From NCBI GenBank assembly GCA_965222375.1, contig CBDCTZ010000015.1:512001-576000 (forward strand): 64,000 nt of DNA, given 5' to 3'. Under the pieces are notes generated by a model. The model ran no database searches. It had not been told where the DNA came from and was given only the letters and a program-made list of their open reading frames with translations. This document shows, one piece after another, positions 10,105 through 19,182 of the stretch. Position 1 is the stretch's first letter. Every line of letters starts with the position of its first letter. A program made the translations under genes and the position numbers. Origin of the DNA: Polyangiaceae bacterium. GTDB taxonomy: Bacteria; Myxococcota_A; Polyangia; Polyangiales; Polyangiaceae.

Positions 10105-11907
10105 ATGAAACATACACGCGCATTGGGTGGGTTGCTTGCGCTCGTCACGATCCTTGCATCGGAATCGGCCAAGGCACAGACAGACGGATTCGCATTGAAT
10201 CGCTTCGAGCCGTCTGAGAGAGGAAGCGAGTGGTTTACGAACGAGTCCCTCGACCTGCGCGGGCATCAGCGTTTCGCCGCAGGCCTGGTCCTCGACTACA
10301 GCTACAAACCGTTGGTTCTTTACGAACCAGACGGGGACGAGATCAGCGCCATCGTTGCACACCAGCTCTACGGGCACCTTGGTGGTAACGTGATCATGTG
10401 GGAGCGGGCACGCTTCGGTCTGAGCCTACCCGTCGCCATCTATCAGCAAGGCGACGGGGGTCGATCCGGCGCTGCAACCTTCGAGTCAGAGAACAATACG
10501 ACGGTCGGAGATCTACGGCTCGCAGCGGATGCACGCTTGGTGGGGGCGTATGGCGGTCCCGTGAATCTCGGCGGGGGACTTCACATCTTCTTGCCCACGG
10601 GCTCCCAAGACTCCTTCACAGGAGACGGCGCAGTGCGCCTAGGCCCTCGGGCAATGGTCGCCGGGGACATCTCCGAGTTCACCTACTCCGCTCGCCTCGG
10701 ACTGACTTTCCGGTTTCGCGACGAGGAGTTCGCTGGGAGCCCAATGGGCAGTGAAGCCAACTTCGGCGCAGCAGCGGGTGCGCGCCTGCTGGATGACCGC
10801 TTGGTGGTCGGGCCGGAGATCTTTGGTTCAACGGTCATTACGGATGGGGATGCGTTCTTCGCGAGACGCACCACTCCCTTCGAACTGCTCATTGGCGGCC
10901 ACTATCTCGCCACGAAGGAAATGCGTGTTGGTGCAGGCATTGGCCCCGGGCTCACGCGTGCCTTTGGCACACCCCAGCTACGCGTACTCGCTTCGATCGA
11001 ATACGTGGAGCCCATACCCGAAGCGCCCCCGCCGCCACCCGCTCGCGGAGACCGGGATAGCGACGGGGTCTTCGATGATGAAGACGCTTGTCCGGATGTT
11101 CCGGGCGTGCGCACTGATGACCCGGAGACCAACGGCTGTCCGCCTCCGGGCGACCGCGATGGTGATGGGATCATCGATCCGGAAGACGCTTGCCCGGATG
11201 AGCCTGGCGTCAAGACCGACGATCCGAAGACCAATGGCTGCCCGCCTCCGCCCGATCGCGACGGAGACGGCATCTTGGATCAAGACGACGCCTGCCCCGA
11301 CGAGCCAGGTGTCAAGACCGATGATCCGAAAACCAACGGCTGCCCACCTCCGGGGGACCGTGACGGCGATGGCATCATCGACCCGGAAGATGCCTGCCCG
11401 GATCAAGCAGGTCCGCCCAACGAGGATCCAAAGAAGCACGGTTGCCCCGTCGCGCACATCGAAAAGGGCGAGATCAAGATCCGTGAGCAGGTTCAGTTTG
11501 CCTACAACAGCTCCAAGATCCTGAAGGCAAGCGACTACATCCTGAAGGCCGTGCAAGAGATCCTCGAGAAGAACCCACAGATCGAGAAGGTGGAAATCCA
11601 AGGCCACACGGACAGCAAGGGCAGCGACGGCTACAACCTACGACTGAGCCGTCGCCGCGCAGCATCAGTGCGAAACTGGCTGATCAAGGCGAAGATCGAC
11701 CGAAAACGACTAACCTCCAAGGGCTTCGGCGAAAAGCAGCCCATCGATACGAACAAGACCGAGGAAGGTCGGGCCAACAATCGCCGCGTGGAATTCCATA
11801 TCACTGCTCAAAGCGAAGCCCCGCCGCCCACCAGCTCGGAAAAGTCAACCGGCAAGGGGAAGGGCGGGAACGCTCCGAAGCCACCGGAAAAGCCCAAGTT
11901 GAAATAG
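10105..11907 (+). CDS. OmpA-family outer-membrane protein: beta-barrel + thrombospondin type-3 repeats + OmpA C-domain (TraB-like)
   Basis: Signal peptide, barrel-like N-domain, four DRDxDG(V/I)xDxxDACPD repeats, GHTD...N..LS.RRA and NRRVEF OmpA motifs. Confidence 0.9.
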   Translation: MKHTRALGGLLALVTILASESAKAQTDGFALNRFEPSERGSEWFTNESLDLRGHQRFAAGLVLDYSYKPLVLYEPDGDEISAIVAHQLYGHLGGNVIMWERARFGLSLPVAIYQQGDGGRSGAATFESENNTTVGDLRLAADARLVGAYGGPVNLGGGLHIFLPTGSQDSFTGDGAVRLGPRAMVAGDISEFTYSARLGLTFRFRDEEFAGSPMGSEANFGAAAGARLLDDRLVVGPEIFGSTVITDGDAFFARRTTPFELLIGGHYLATKEMRVGAGIGPGLTRAFGTPQLRVLASIEYVEPIPEAPPPPPARGDRDSDGVFDDEDACPDVPGVRTDDPETNGCPPPGDRDGDGIIDPEDACPDEPGVKTDDPKTNGCPPPPDRDGDGILDQDDACPDEPGVKTDDPKTNGCPPPGDRDGDGIIDPEDACPDQAGPPNEDPKKHGCPVAHIEKGEIKIREQVQFAYNSSKILKASDYILKAVQEILEKNPQIEKVEIQGHTDSKGSDGYNLRLSRRRAASVRNWLIKAKIDRKRLTSKGFGEKQPIDTNKTEEGRANNRRVEFHITAQSEAPPPTSSEKSTGKGKGGNAPKPPEKPKLK

Positions 11908-11953
11908 GCTGCGAAGAGATGGCGATGCGACACGCAGCTCGCCGTGCTCTGGC

Positions 11954-13564
11954 TCAGCCGCCGCTCCAGCGTTTGCGCAGCTCTCGATTGTTCGCCACTG
12001 CGTCGTCGAGGGAAATGCGCGGCAACGCCGCCAACAGTGCCCATTCGACGATTCTCAGCTCCCCGGGGACGTAGCCAACCAGGCAATCGACGGCCGAGCA
12101 GTAGTGAACCCACCCCACATCGTCACCCATGACACTGAGATCGACGAACGTCAGCTCCCCTTCGCTGCGCCACCAGATGACGAGATCCACTCCCTCGGGA
12201 GTGCGGCCGCAATGCAGCACGAAGGCCTCGCCGGGGCCCTGGTGAATGTGCCGGACGTTGTCGAATAGCGGCAGCACCCGCGTCCGTCTTCCGGGCCGAG
12301 TGATCTCGAACAGACATCGGTTCGAGATGTACAGGAGCGCATCGTCGGTCAAGGCGCAGCAACCGAAGCCGTCCGATTCGGGTTCCAACCCGGACCTGCC
12401 GATCGGGCGAAAATCAGCGGATTCGTCTACGTACATCTTCCCACCCCACACGATGGCACCCGTACCATCGCCAAAACGACAGCTGTCGAAACGCAGAGCG
12501 TGCCCGGGAGCATCCTTGGCGCACAGCGCAGGCAAGTTCGTCGGGCAACCATTGGCGAAAACCGGTGCGAAGGATCGGCCCCGGGTCTCTTGCATGTTGT
12601 CTGGGTAGGTTGGTGGGAAGAGCAGCAACTCATCTCCCCAGAATGCCAGACCGTCGAAGGGCACGTCCGCGACCTCTAGGGATTGCGGCTCGGCCTCGGG
12701 ACTCTCCAACTCGAACGCAGAGAATCGCCGCGGGCGTTCCTGAGCGTTGACAGACGCATTGAGTGCGATCCGGCACGACCTCGGATGGATTGCGGCGTTC
12801 TTGGCGAAAAGACTCGGGAACGTGCGGATGCGCGGCTCTGCCCCCGACAGGTCGACGATATGCGTCGAGAAGGTGTCGAGATCCCCGACGACGAACAGGT
12901 CGCCCTCGGCGGCTCGAGGTCGGGTCAGGATTCCACGAAAAGGGACCGACCACGACGCTCGCTCGGGGTCCGCGCTGAGCCACTCCTGGTAAGCTTGCGC
13001 AACGCCGATGTCCGTGGCCTCCCAATACGCAAGGCCGCGCGCGGCGGCGGCGCGCAGGACCGTCACCAAAGCTTGGTAGTCGCGCCGGTCTCCGGGAACC
13101 ATCTCCCCAACAACGCGCTGCACATGCGCGAGCAGATCTGGCACCGCCGCACTGGGCACGAATGCTCCCGTCGAATAGTTGCCCGCGAACCAGTGGGGAA
13201 GAGTTCCGCGCAGCTCTGGGTGTTTGTCGATAATGGGTTTCAGTTGCGCTTCGACGCTCCCCACCGCACCGCGAGGTAAACGCGCCCCCATTTGTCTTGC
13301 ATCCCAAAGGGAAAGTGCAAACCCGCGACAGTAGAGGTGAGGTGTCTCGGCAGCGCACCACAGCAGCGCCAACTGCGAGAGGAGCTGACCCGCTGTCTGA
13401 GAGTCGCTACCAGCGGCCGCAGCACGCACTTTCGCAAACAGCTCCTCGGCATTGGGGTAGGCGGCGTCAAAAGGAGCAGTAGTGAGATCGTTACCGACGA
13501 AACGCTTTGCAAAGCGTGCCAACGACGATTCGTCGATCAGGTGCAGTGTGCAGTCGTACCCCAT
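11954..13564 (-). CDS. Hypothetical protein (helical N-domain, beta-propeller-like C-domain)
   Basis: Long ORF of about 536 aa from ATG 13564; no recognised family motif. Confidence 0.6.
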   Translation of the reverse strand: MGYDCTLHLIDESSLARFAKRFVGNDLTTAPFDAAYPNAEELFAKVRAAAAGSDSQTAGQLLSQLALLWCAAETPHLYCRGFALSLWDARQMGARLPRGAVGSVEAQLKPIIDKHPELRGTLPHWFAGNYSTGAFVPSAAVPDLLAHVQRVVGEMVPGDRRDYQALVTVLRAAAARGLAYWEATDIGVAQAYQEWLSADPERASWSVPFRGILTRPRAAEGDLFVVGDLDTFSTHIVDLSGAEPRIRTFPSLFAKNAAIHPRSCRIALNASVNAQERPRRFSAFELESPEAEPQSLEVADVPFDGLAFWGDELLLFPPTYPDNMQETRGRSFAPVFANGCPTNLPALCAKDAPGHALRFDSCRFGDGTGAIVWGGKMYVDESADFRPIGRSGLEPESDGFGCCALTDDALLYISNRCLFEITRPGRRTRVLPLFDNVRHIHQGPGEAFVLHCGRTPEGVDLVIWWRSEGELTFVDLSVMGDDVGWVHYCSAVDCLVGYVPGELRIVEWALLAALPRISLDDAVANNRELRKRWSGG

Positions 13565-13902
13565 CCCAAGCCTCAAACTTCCCAAAGCAACCTACAGAAA
13601 AGCGCTCGTGACGACGAGACCCGATCTTCCAGGGCCCGCGAAGCGGGAGCTATCCGCGGCGCAGACCTTGGAGCATGTTCATGCTCATCCCATCCTTGTT
13701 TAGACACCGCTTACCGAACGCACCTTCAGCAACCGCCGTACCGCACGGCAATGGGTCCAAATGCGCTCGGATTCGGAGCTGCGCGTCTCGATCGGGCTGA
13801 AACGAACGTTCGGGCCGTCCCTCGTGAAAGGGTTGAGGTTGCACCCATTTTTGCGCAATTCCCTGGGTCGGCTTAGCCTGGCAAGGCAGCCTGACCGACC
13901 AG

Positions 13903-15165
13903 GTGACCGCCCGCATGCCCACCACGGACTCAAAGGCCCCGGAGCCCGACTCTCACGAACCCCAGCAGCTCGACGAGCGCGCGCTGAATTCCCGCGCGCC
14001 GGCTTCGCTGAGGCCTCCAACGTCCCAGAGGCCGCGCCCTTCGGACCCACCGCTGTCACCGGAGCAGAGGATCGAGCGCTTCGACGAGATGCGCCTCGCG
14101 CCGGTGTTCTTCTTCATGCTGGTCGCTCTGGTGATCGCGGGGCTGGTCTACATCCTGCGCATGTTCATCCCCGACCTGGTGATCGCGTTCGTGCTAGTCA
14201 CGTTGTTTCGACCGACATGGCGCTGGATTTCGGGTCGACTTGGGGGTCGGCCCTGGATTGCCTCAGGCATCGTCACATTGCTCATCGTCTTGGTCCTCGC
14301 GGCACCGCTAGCCGTGCTCGCGACCACGGTAGCCAGCGAGGCGTTCTCCCTGTACGAGTCTTTGTTGGGTGGGTCGGCGAGGGGGTTGACCCAAGCCGCA
14401 TTCGGGCCTGAGGGCTGGCTTCGCCAGCTGAACCGCTGGCTAGCGCGCTTCGGCGTGTCGCTGTCCGAGCCCGCCGTGCGAGATTTAGTGAACCAATGGA
14501 GCCAGCGGCTCTTGTCCACGGTTTTCGATCAAACGACGGCCATCGTTGGGCGAACCCTCTCGATTCTGTTTCACGCCTTGGTGGTGCTGCTAGCCGTCTT
14601 CTACCTGCTCGTCGATGTCGACCGGCTCAAGGAGTTCGCATTCAGCCTCTCACCGCTGCCAGAAGAGGAAGATCAACTCCTGGTCACCAAGTTTCAGGAG
14701 GTCTCACGCGGCATCCTCGTGGGCAACGGCGTGGGCAGCCTGGTGCAGGGCGTCCTCGGCGGGCTGGCCATGTGGTTCGTCGGGATCCCCTCGGCAGCGC
14801 TGTGGGGCACGATCATGAGTGTGATGGCGTTCTTGCCCATCGTCGGCATCTCGCTGGTCGTGATTCCCGCTACGGTGTTCTTGGTGGTCAAGGGTCAGGT
14901 GGCTGCCGCTGTGGGGTTCTTCACGTTCTGTACGGTGCAGGGCCTGATAATGGAAAACCTCGGCAAGACCTGGCTGATCGGCCGCAGCACGCGCATGCAC
15001 GACCTGATCGTCTTTCTCAGCGTCATCGGCGGCATCGCCGCCTTCGGCATCATGGGATTGCTGTACGGGCCGCTACTGGTGGCGGCATTCCAAACCCTGA
15101 CGGAACTCTACAACCGCGTGTATCACGGCAAACTCGCCAGTGCCTACGCGCTGAGAAGACGCTAG
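13903..15165 (+). CDS. AI-2E family (PerM/YdiK-like) transporter
   Basis: Multiple TM helices; FYLLVD, QGVLGG, P.VG and GGIAAFGIMGLLYGP motifs; start may be ATG 13915. Confidence 0.9.
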   Translation: MTARMPTTDSKAPEPDSHEPQQLDERALNSRAPASLRPPTSQRPRPSDPPLSPEQRIERFDEMRLAPVFFFMLVALVIAGLVYILRMFIPDLVIAFVLVTLFRPTWRWISGRLGGRPWIASGIVTLLIVLVLAAPLAVLATTVASEAFSLYESLLGGSARGLTQAAFGPEGWLRQLNRWLARFGVSLSEPAVRDLVNQWSQRLLSTVFDQTTAIVGRTLSILFHALVVLLAVFYLLVDVDRLKEFAFSLSPLPEEEDQLLVTKFQEVSRGILVGNGVGSLVQGVLGGLAMWFVGIPSAALWGTIMSVMAFLPIVGISLVVIPATVFLVVKGQVAAAVGFFTFCTVQGLIMENLGKTWLIGRSTRMHDLIVFLSVIGGIAAFGIMGLLYGPLLVAAFQTLTELYNRVYHGKLASAYALRRR

Positions 15166-15268
15166 CAACGCCGCCCGAGCAGAGAGCGTTGCGCGACACC
15201 CGGCACAAGGCGTTCGTCCCGTGCGCGGCTAGGTCGAAAGGCGCCACGCCTCGCACGGGACCAGCGCG

Positions 15269-16090
15269 CTACTTCTTGATGCAGCTGAAGCCGGAGCCAC
15301 AAGACGTGTCGCACACCCAGCCCTGCTTGGTGCAGCCGCAGGACGACGGCTTGCAGGCATCGGCCTCGCAGGAGTAGCCAGGTTCGCAACCGCCGGGCTT
15401 ACAGTCCACTGATGGGTCAGGCCCCTTGCACTGGGTAATTTGCACGCAGCTCGTTCCCTGCCCGCAATCGGCGGTGCACTCCCAACCATTGGGTCCACAA
15501 GAGCAAGTCGATGGCTTGCAGTTGTCCGGCTGGCACGCAAAGCCTTGACTCTTGCCGCATTCCGCTGGGTCGCAGGGCGCCGATGGATCCGGGCCCGTGC
15601 ACTTGTCTACCTTTCTACAGCTGGTGCCTTGGCCGCAGTCGGCGGTGCACTGCCAACCATTGTCGCCGCAGGAACACGCGGAAGGCTTGCAGCTATCGGG
15701 CTGGCACGCGAACCCCGGGGTCTTCTCGCACTCCTTGGCATCGCAGGGCGCTGATGGATCCGGGCCGTCGCACTTGTTGGGCTGGTCCAACACGCAGGCG
15801 CCACCTTGGCCGCAGTCGGCGGTGCAAACCCAGCCGTCCTTGGGATCACAGGAGCAGGACGATGGACGGCAAGCCGTGGTGTCGCAGATGTATCCAGTGG
15901 GACAGCTGCTGGCGCTGCACCCCTCAGCCGGATTTGGCGTTGCGCAAGCGCCTGCGCTGCCCCCCGTGCCGGCTGAACCGCCGACACCATTCTGATTGCT
16001 GCTTTTCTTCCCCAGCGAGTCTTCGCCGCTGCATGCGACCACGAGAGACAGACTACTGAGGGTCAAAGTAAGGGTTTTCAAGAGTCGCAT
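15269..16090 (-). CDS. Lipoprotein with four Cys-rich repeats
   Basis: GGAGG RBS, lipobox VVA-C, four units of about C.GPDPS..C...C...CKPS.CSC...GW.CTADCGQG..C. Confidence 0.85.
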   Translation of the reverse strand: MRLLKTLTLTLSSLSLVVACSGEDSLGKKSSNQNGVGGSAGTGGSAGACATPNPAEGCSASSCPTGYICDTTACRPSSCSCDPKDGWVCTADCGQGGACVLDQPNKCDGPDPSAPCDAKECEKTPGFACQPDSCKPSACSCGDNGWQCTADCGQGTSCRKVDKCTGPDPSAPCDPAECGKSQGFACQPDNCKPSTCSCGPNGWECTADCGQGTSCVQITQCKGPDPSVDCKPGGCEPGYSCEADACKPSSCGCTKQGWVCDTSCGSGFSCIKK

Positions 16091-16120
16091 CAGATCCTCC
16101 GCTCGGGGGTTCCGGGATTC

Positions 16121-16146
16121 GTTTCAAATTGGCCGCCCGCGGTTCC
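16121..16146 (-). promoter_or_regulatory. Possible ECF-sigma promoter
   Basis: Minus strand GGAACC-N15-GAAAC upstream of 15269..16090, directly downstream of an ECF operon. Confidence 0.35.
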
Positions 16147-16199
16147 TTCCGCGAACACCCCCTAATTCCCGCCATCGAGAAAACTGATCCCTCTGGGAA

Positions 16200-17036
16200 T
16201 CACTTTTTCTCCGGCGCGAGCCCCACAAGGCGGCGGATGCGGGCCGCGTGAGGCGCATTCGGTCGCCGAGCGAGGTACGCGCTAGCCAGCTGTCGCGCCC
16301 TATCTCGTTGCCCGGAGCGTGACAGCGCGTCCAGACGCATCACGAACGCCTCGTTGGCGAGGCGGCTCCGCGGATACTGACGTTGGTGCTGAGCCAGCAG
16401 GCCGAGGGCGCGAGTCGATGCCCCGGAAGAAAGCGCCGAGCGGGCTTCGTCGAGTAAACGAACCTCGGCCGCCAAGCCGTCGTTGGTCGATGAGTAGCTT
16501 GCGGTCGGAGGTGGAGCTCCGGGGGCGGCCGGCCCCGGGGGCGCAACATCTGAAGCGTTGGCCTTGCGGATCACGCGGGGAGCTGGAAGCGGCGCCGGCT
16601 CGTCAGGCTGAACGTCAAGTGGGTCGGGCGTCCCAGCCGCCTGGGCCGGTGGAACCACGCTGGCCGGCACGCTCGCCTGCGCGGCCGATGGGGCCGTGAC
16701 CTGCGCACCGCGCGGCTGCAGCGTCGGCGCTGGCGACAGCGCGATGGCGCCCGTGGACACCACCAGTCCGATCGCAGCCCCGCCACCCATCCACTTGGCG
16801 AACACGAGGGCGGCTCCGCCCTTGGCGGCGGAATTTGCGCTAGCACCAGTCGCGCCCTTGGCCGCGAGCGCCGTCGCCTTCGCGCCGGCCGCAGCGCCCG
16901 CCGCAGCCGTTGCCACACCTAGTGCCACCAGCGCGCGTTGCCTGCCTCCGGGAGGCGCGGACTCGGACAGGGCCGCGTCCATCACCAAGCGCATGGCTTG
17001 GTCATCACTCTCTGCGAGGCGACGGGGCCCGTTCAT
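16200..17036 (-). CDS. Putative membrane anti-sigma factor with Pro-rich linker and C-terminal TPR-like domain
   Basis: ATGA overlap with the sigma stop; single TM segment; LAAEVRLLDEARSAL...YP TPR-like tail typical of Polyangiaceae ECF partners. Confidence 0.75.
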   Translation of the reverse strand: MNGPRRLAESDDQAMRLVMDAALSESAPPGGRQRALVALGVATAAAGAAAGAKATALAAKGATGASANSAAKGGAALVFAKWMGGGAAIGLVVSTGAIALSPAPTLQPRGAQVTAPSAAQASVPASVVPPAQAAGTPDPLDVQPDEPAPLPAPRVIRKANASDVAPPGPAAPGAPPPTASYSSTNDGLAAEVRLLDEARSALSSGASTRALGLLAQHQRQYPRSRLANEAFVMRLDALSRSGQRDRARQLASAYLARRPNAPHAARIRRLVGLAPEKK

Positions 17037-17617
17037 TCGTCACTCCCTTCGGGAGAGGCTGAGTCAGCCGGCTGGAGAGCCGCTGAGAAGGCAGCTCGTG
17101 CCCGGCGCAGCCGGGACGCTACGGTACCGGGCGGCACGTCTAGGGTTTCAGCGACTTCTGCCATGGTCATCTGCTCCAGCTCATAGAGCACAAACACCTC
17201 TCGTTGCTCTGCACTGAGCCGCTCAAGCATTTGGTAGAACACCTGGCGGGCGCGAGTGCGATCGAGCAGTTCCTCAGGCGTCGGTACCGACGACGGCTCT
17301 TGCTCTGCGCAGAGACCACTCTCTTCACGTCGACGCAACCGACTGCGCCGGGCATGTGCGGCGTGGTTCATTGCCGTTCGGTACAGAAACCCGCGTTCTT
17401 TTCCGACTATGATGTCAGCTAGTCGCCGTGAGGCGGTCAGGAATACTTCTTGTGCCACGTCCTCTGCCTCGGCGTCCGCGACGCCGAGCCGCCTGAGCGA
17501 GCGCCAGACGAAGTCGTAGTGATTGTCGACGAGCTGACGCAGGCGGGCCCGGGCGTGCGCCTCGGGCATCCCAGCGTCAGTCGTGAAAATCGCGGGCTCC
17601 GCGGTGATGCTCACCAC
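17033..17617 (-). CDS. ECF (sigma-70 group 4) RNA polymerase sigma factor
   Basis: Region 2 (FVWRSLRRLGV..AEDVAQEVF) and region 4 (REVFVLYELE...E.AE.L.VP.GTVASRLRRAR); AAGGA RBS before GTG 17617. Confidence 0.92.
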   Translation of the reverse strand: MVSITAEPAIFTTDAGMPEAHARARLRQLVDNHYDFVWRSLRRLGVADAEAEDVAQEVFLTASRRLADIIVGKERGFLYRTAMNHAAHARRSRLRRREESGLCAEQEPSSVPTPEELLDRTRARQVFYQMLERLSAEQREVFVLYELEQMTMAEVAETLDVPPGTVASRLRRARAAFSAALQPADSASPEGSDE

Positions 17618-17685
17618 CGTTTCCTTCTGTTCCCTGACCCTATTCCCGCAAATGCGGGCTTTGATCCCCGTGCTCGAAAAAAAAC

Positions 17686-18693
17686 CTAGGGAAGTGCAAC
17701 GACCACCCCCGCGCCTATCCCCACTGCCACGGGTGCTACTGTATGCACGGTTTCCTTGGGGTTTTCGTAGAAGTAGGTCCAACGCGACAATGGCACGGAC
17801 AGCTCGGCCGCCACCTGGAGCGAAAGCGGGCCTAGGAGTCTGACGCTCGCCAGCCCATCGCCACCGGTAGCGGCCCACAGCCGCTGGGAGCGGTCGGCGC
17901 GTTCGAGGTTCTGATTCGAAGCGGCGTCCGCCTCCAGGCTGCCAGCGCCGAACGCCAGACAGCCGGCAATCGAGGCGGCCTCCGCAACGGATCGGTAGCA
18001 GAGACCGAGCCGCGCGCGGGTCAGCTTGAAGTGCGCGCGCCCAGGTCCCACGTCCACTCGCCCGGTGATGAGTCGGGATGCAGCGACACGCGCGGCGAAG
18101 CGCCGATCTGTGCTGCCGACTTCAGCGTCGACAGAAGCGCCATACATCGCGGTGGGCGCAGGACCGAACAGCACACCTCCGCTCGCGCCCAGCGCCCAGC
18201 TGGGCGACGAACGACCGGACGGCGAGCGGAGCACAGGCGATCTGGGCTCAACGACCACTGGAGAGATTCGGGGGGGTTGGCGAGGCGGCGCGGAGGTGGC
18301 TCTTTTGGCGGCCAGGGCAGCAACTGGGTCAAGGGTGACGGCGAGGATCAGCGCGAGCGCGCGAGCGACGGCAACACAGCTGTCCCCCCGCACGACGCGG
18401 GGCTGCTCCGTTGCGCCGAGGAAGATCTTCCCCACGGCTTGCCCGCCGTCATGGGAAAGGCTGACCCTGAAGCCACGGTCCCCTGCGCCCTCGGCGTGAC
18501 GCCAGGTCGGCAGACGACTCTCTACCTCAGCGACGAACTCGTCCTTTGTTGGGCACGAGGCGGACGCCTCGTAAGCGACCGAGTAACTGCTGGCAGACGC
18601 GGCCTGAGCGTTCGACAAGAGCACGGCGAGCACCGCAATCTGGAACGCCCTAGGACCCGCCACGGGGTGGAGCATAGCGTACTCGCGCGCCAT
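17686..18693 (-). CDS. Secreted/outer-membrane protein of the ECF cassette
   Basis: Signal peptide, CP...C N-domain, Pro linker, beta-strand-rich C-terminus; start uncertain (18693/18675). Confidence 0.65.
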   Translation of the reverse strand: MAREYAMLHPVAGPRAFQIAVLAVLLSNAQAASASSYSVAYEASASCPTKDEFVAEVESRLPTWRHAEGAGDRGFRVSLSHDGGQAVGKIFLGATEQPRVVRGDSCVAVARALALILAVTLDPVAALAAKRATSAPPRQPPRISPVVVEPRSPVLRSPSGRSSPSWALGASGGVLFGPAPTAMYGASVDAEVGSTDRRFAARVAASRLITGRVDVGPGRAHFKLTRARLGLCYRSVAEAASIAGCLAFGAGSLEADAASNQNLERADRSQRLWAATGGDGLASVRLLGPLSLQVAAELSVPLSRWTYFYENPKETVHTVAPVAVGIGAGVVVALP

Positions 18694-19124
18694 GAACACT
18701 TGCGCGGCAGCAATTCGATATGCTGCTCGCGGCGCCGCCGACCCGAGCAATTGCGCGTGCGTTTGGGACCACGAAGCACCCGACACTTTCGCTGGCGGAG
18801 ACCGAGGCTCGGCGTTGGCCGGAAACCGGACTCCATCGCGGCGAACGCCCCCCCTCCGCTGCATGGCCGGAGGCTGGTAGGAGAAGCGGACTTGCAACAA
18901 GGTGCAGACAAGAAGACCCCAGCGGCGAGCAGTGCAGCTATGCGTCGCCGAGCGGGGAGCGCCACAACCCCAGACCGAACAGGACAAGCTTCGACCACCC
19001 ACACGCTGTGGTCGCTGGCCCGATTCCGACTACTTCGTCCCACCCGCCGCTCGCGGCCCAAGTCGAGAGTAGCGGCCCAGCGACGCAACGTGAATCGACC
19101 CCAACAACCAAAGCACTCCACATG

Positions 19125-19156
19125 AAAAACGGCCGCCCCCACTTTGGGGGCGACCG
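19125..19156 (-). terminator. Intrinsic terminator of the AgmX-like gene
   Basis: GC stem cggccgccccc/gggggcgaccg followed by TTTTT on the minus strand. Confidence 0.7.
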
Positions 19157-19182
19157 CTTCTCGATGCACGCGGTGACTTGGC

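Noticed and set aside
8922..10172. Long alternative-frame Pro-rich, Arg-rich and Ala-rich ORFs
   Set aside because: Shadows of the GC-rich Gly-repeat stalk of 8543..10051; the same applies at 2690-3562
18700..19120. Possible ncRNA or N-terminal extension in the 400-bp gap
   Set aside because: No recognisable tRNA, riboswitch or conserved-looking structure apart from the terminator; the translated extension is low-quality
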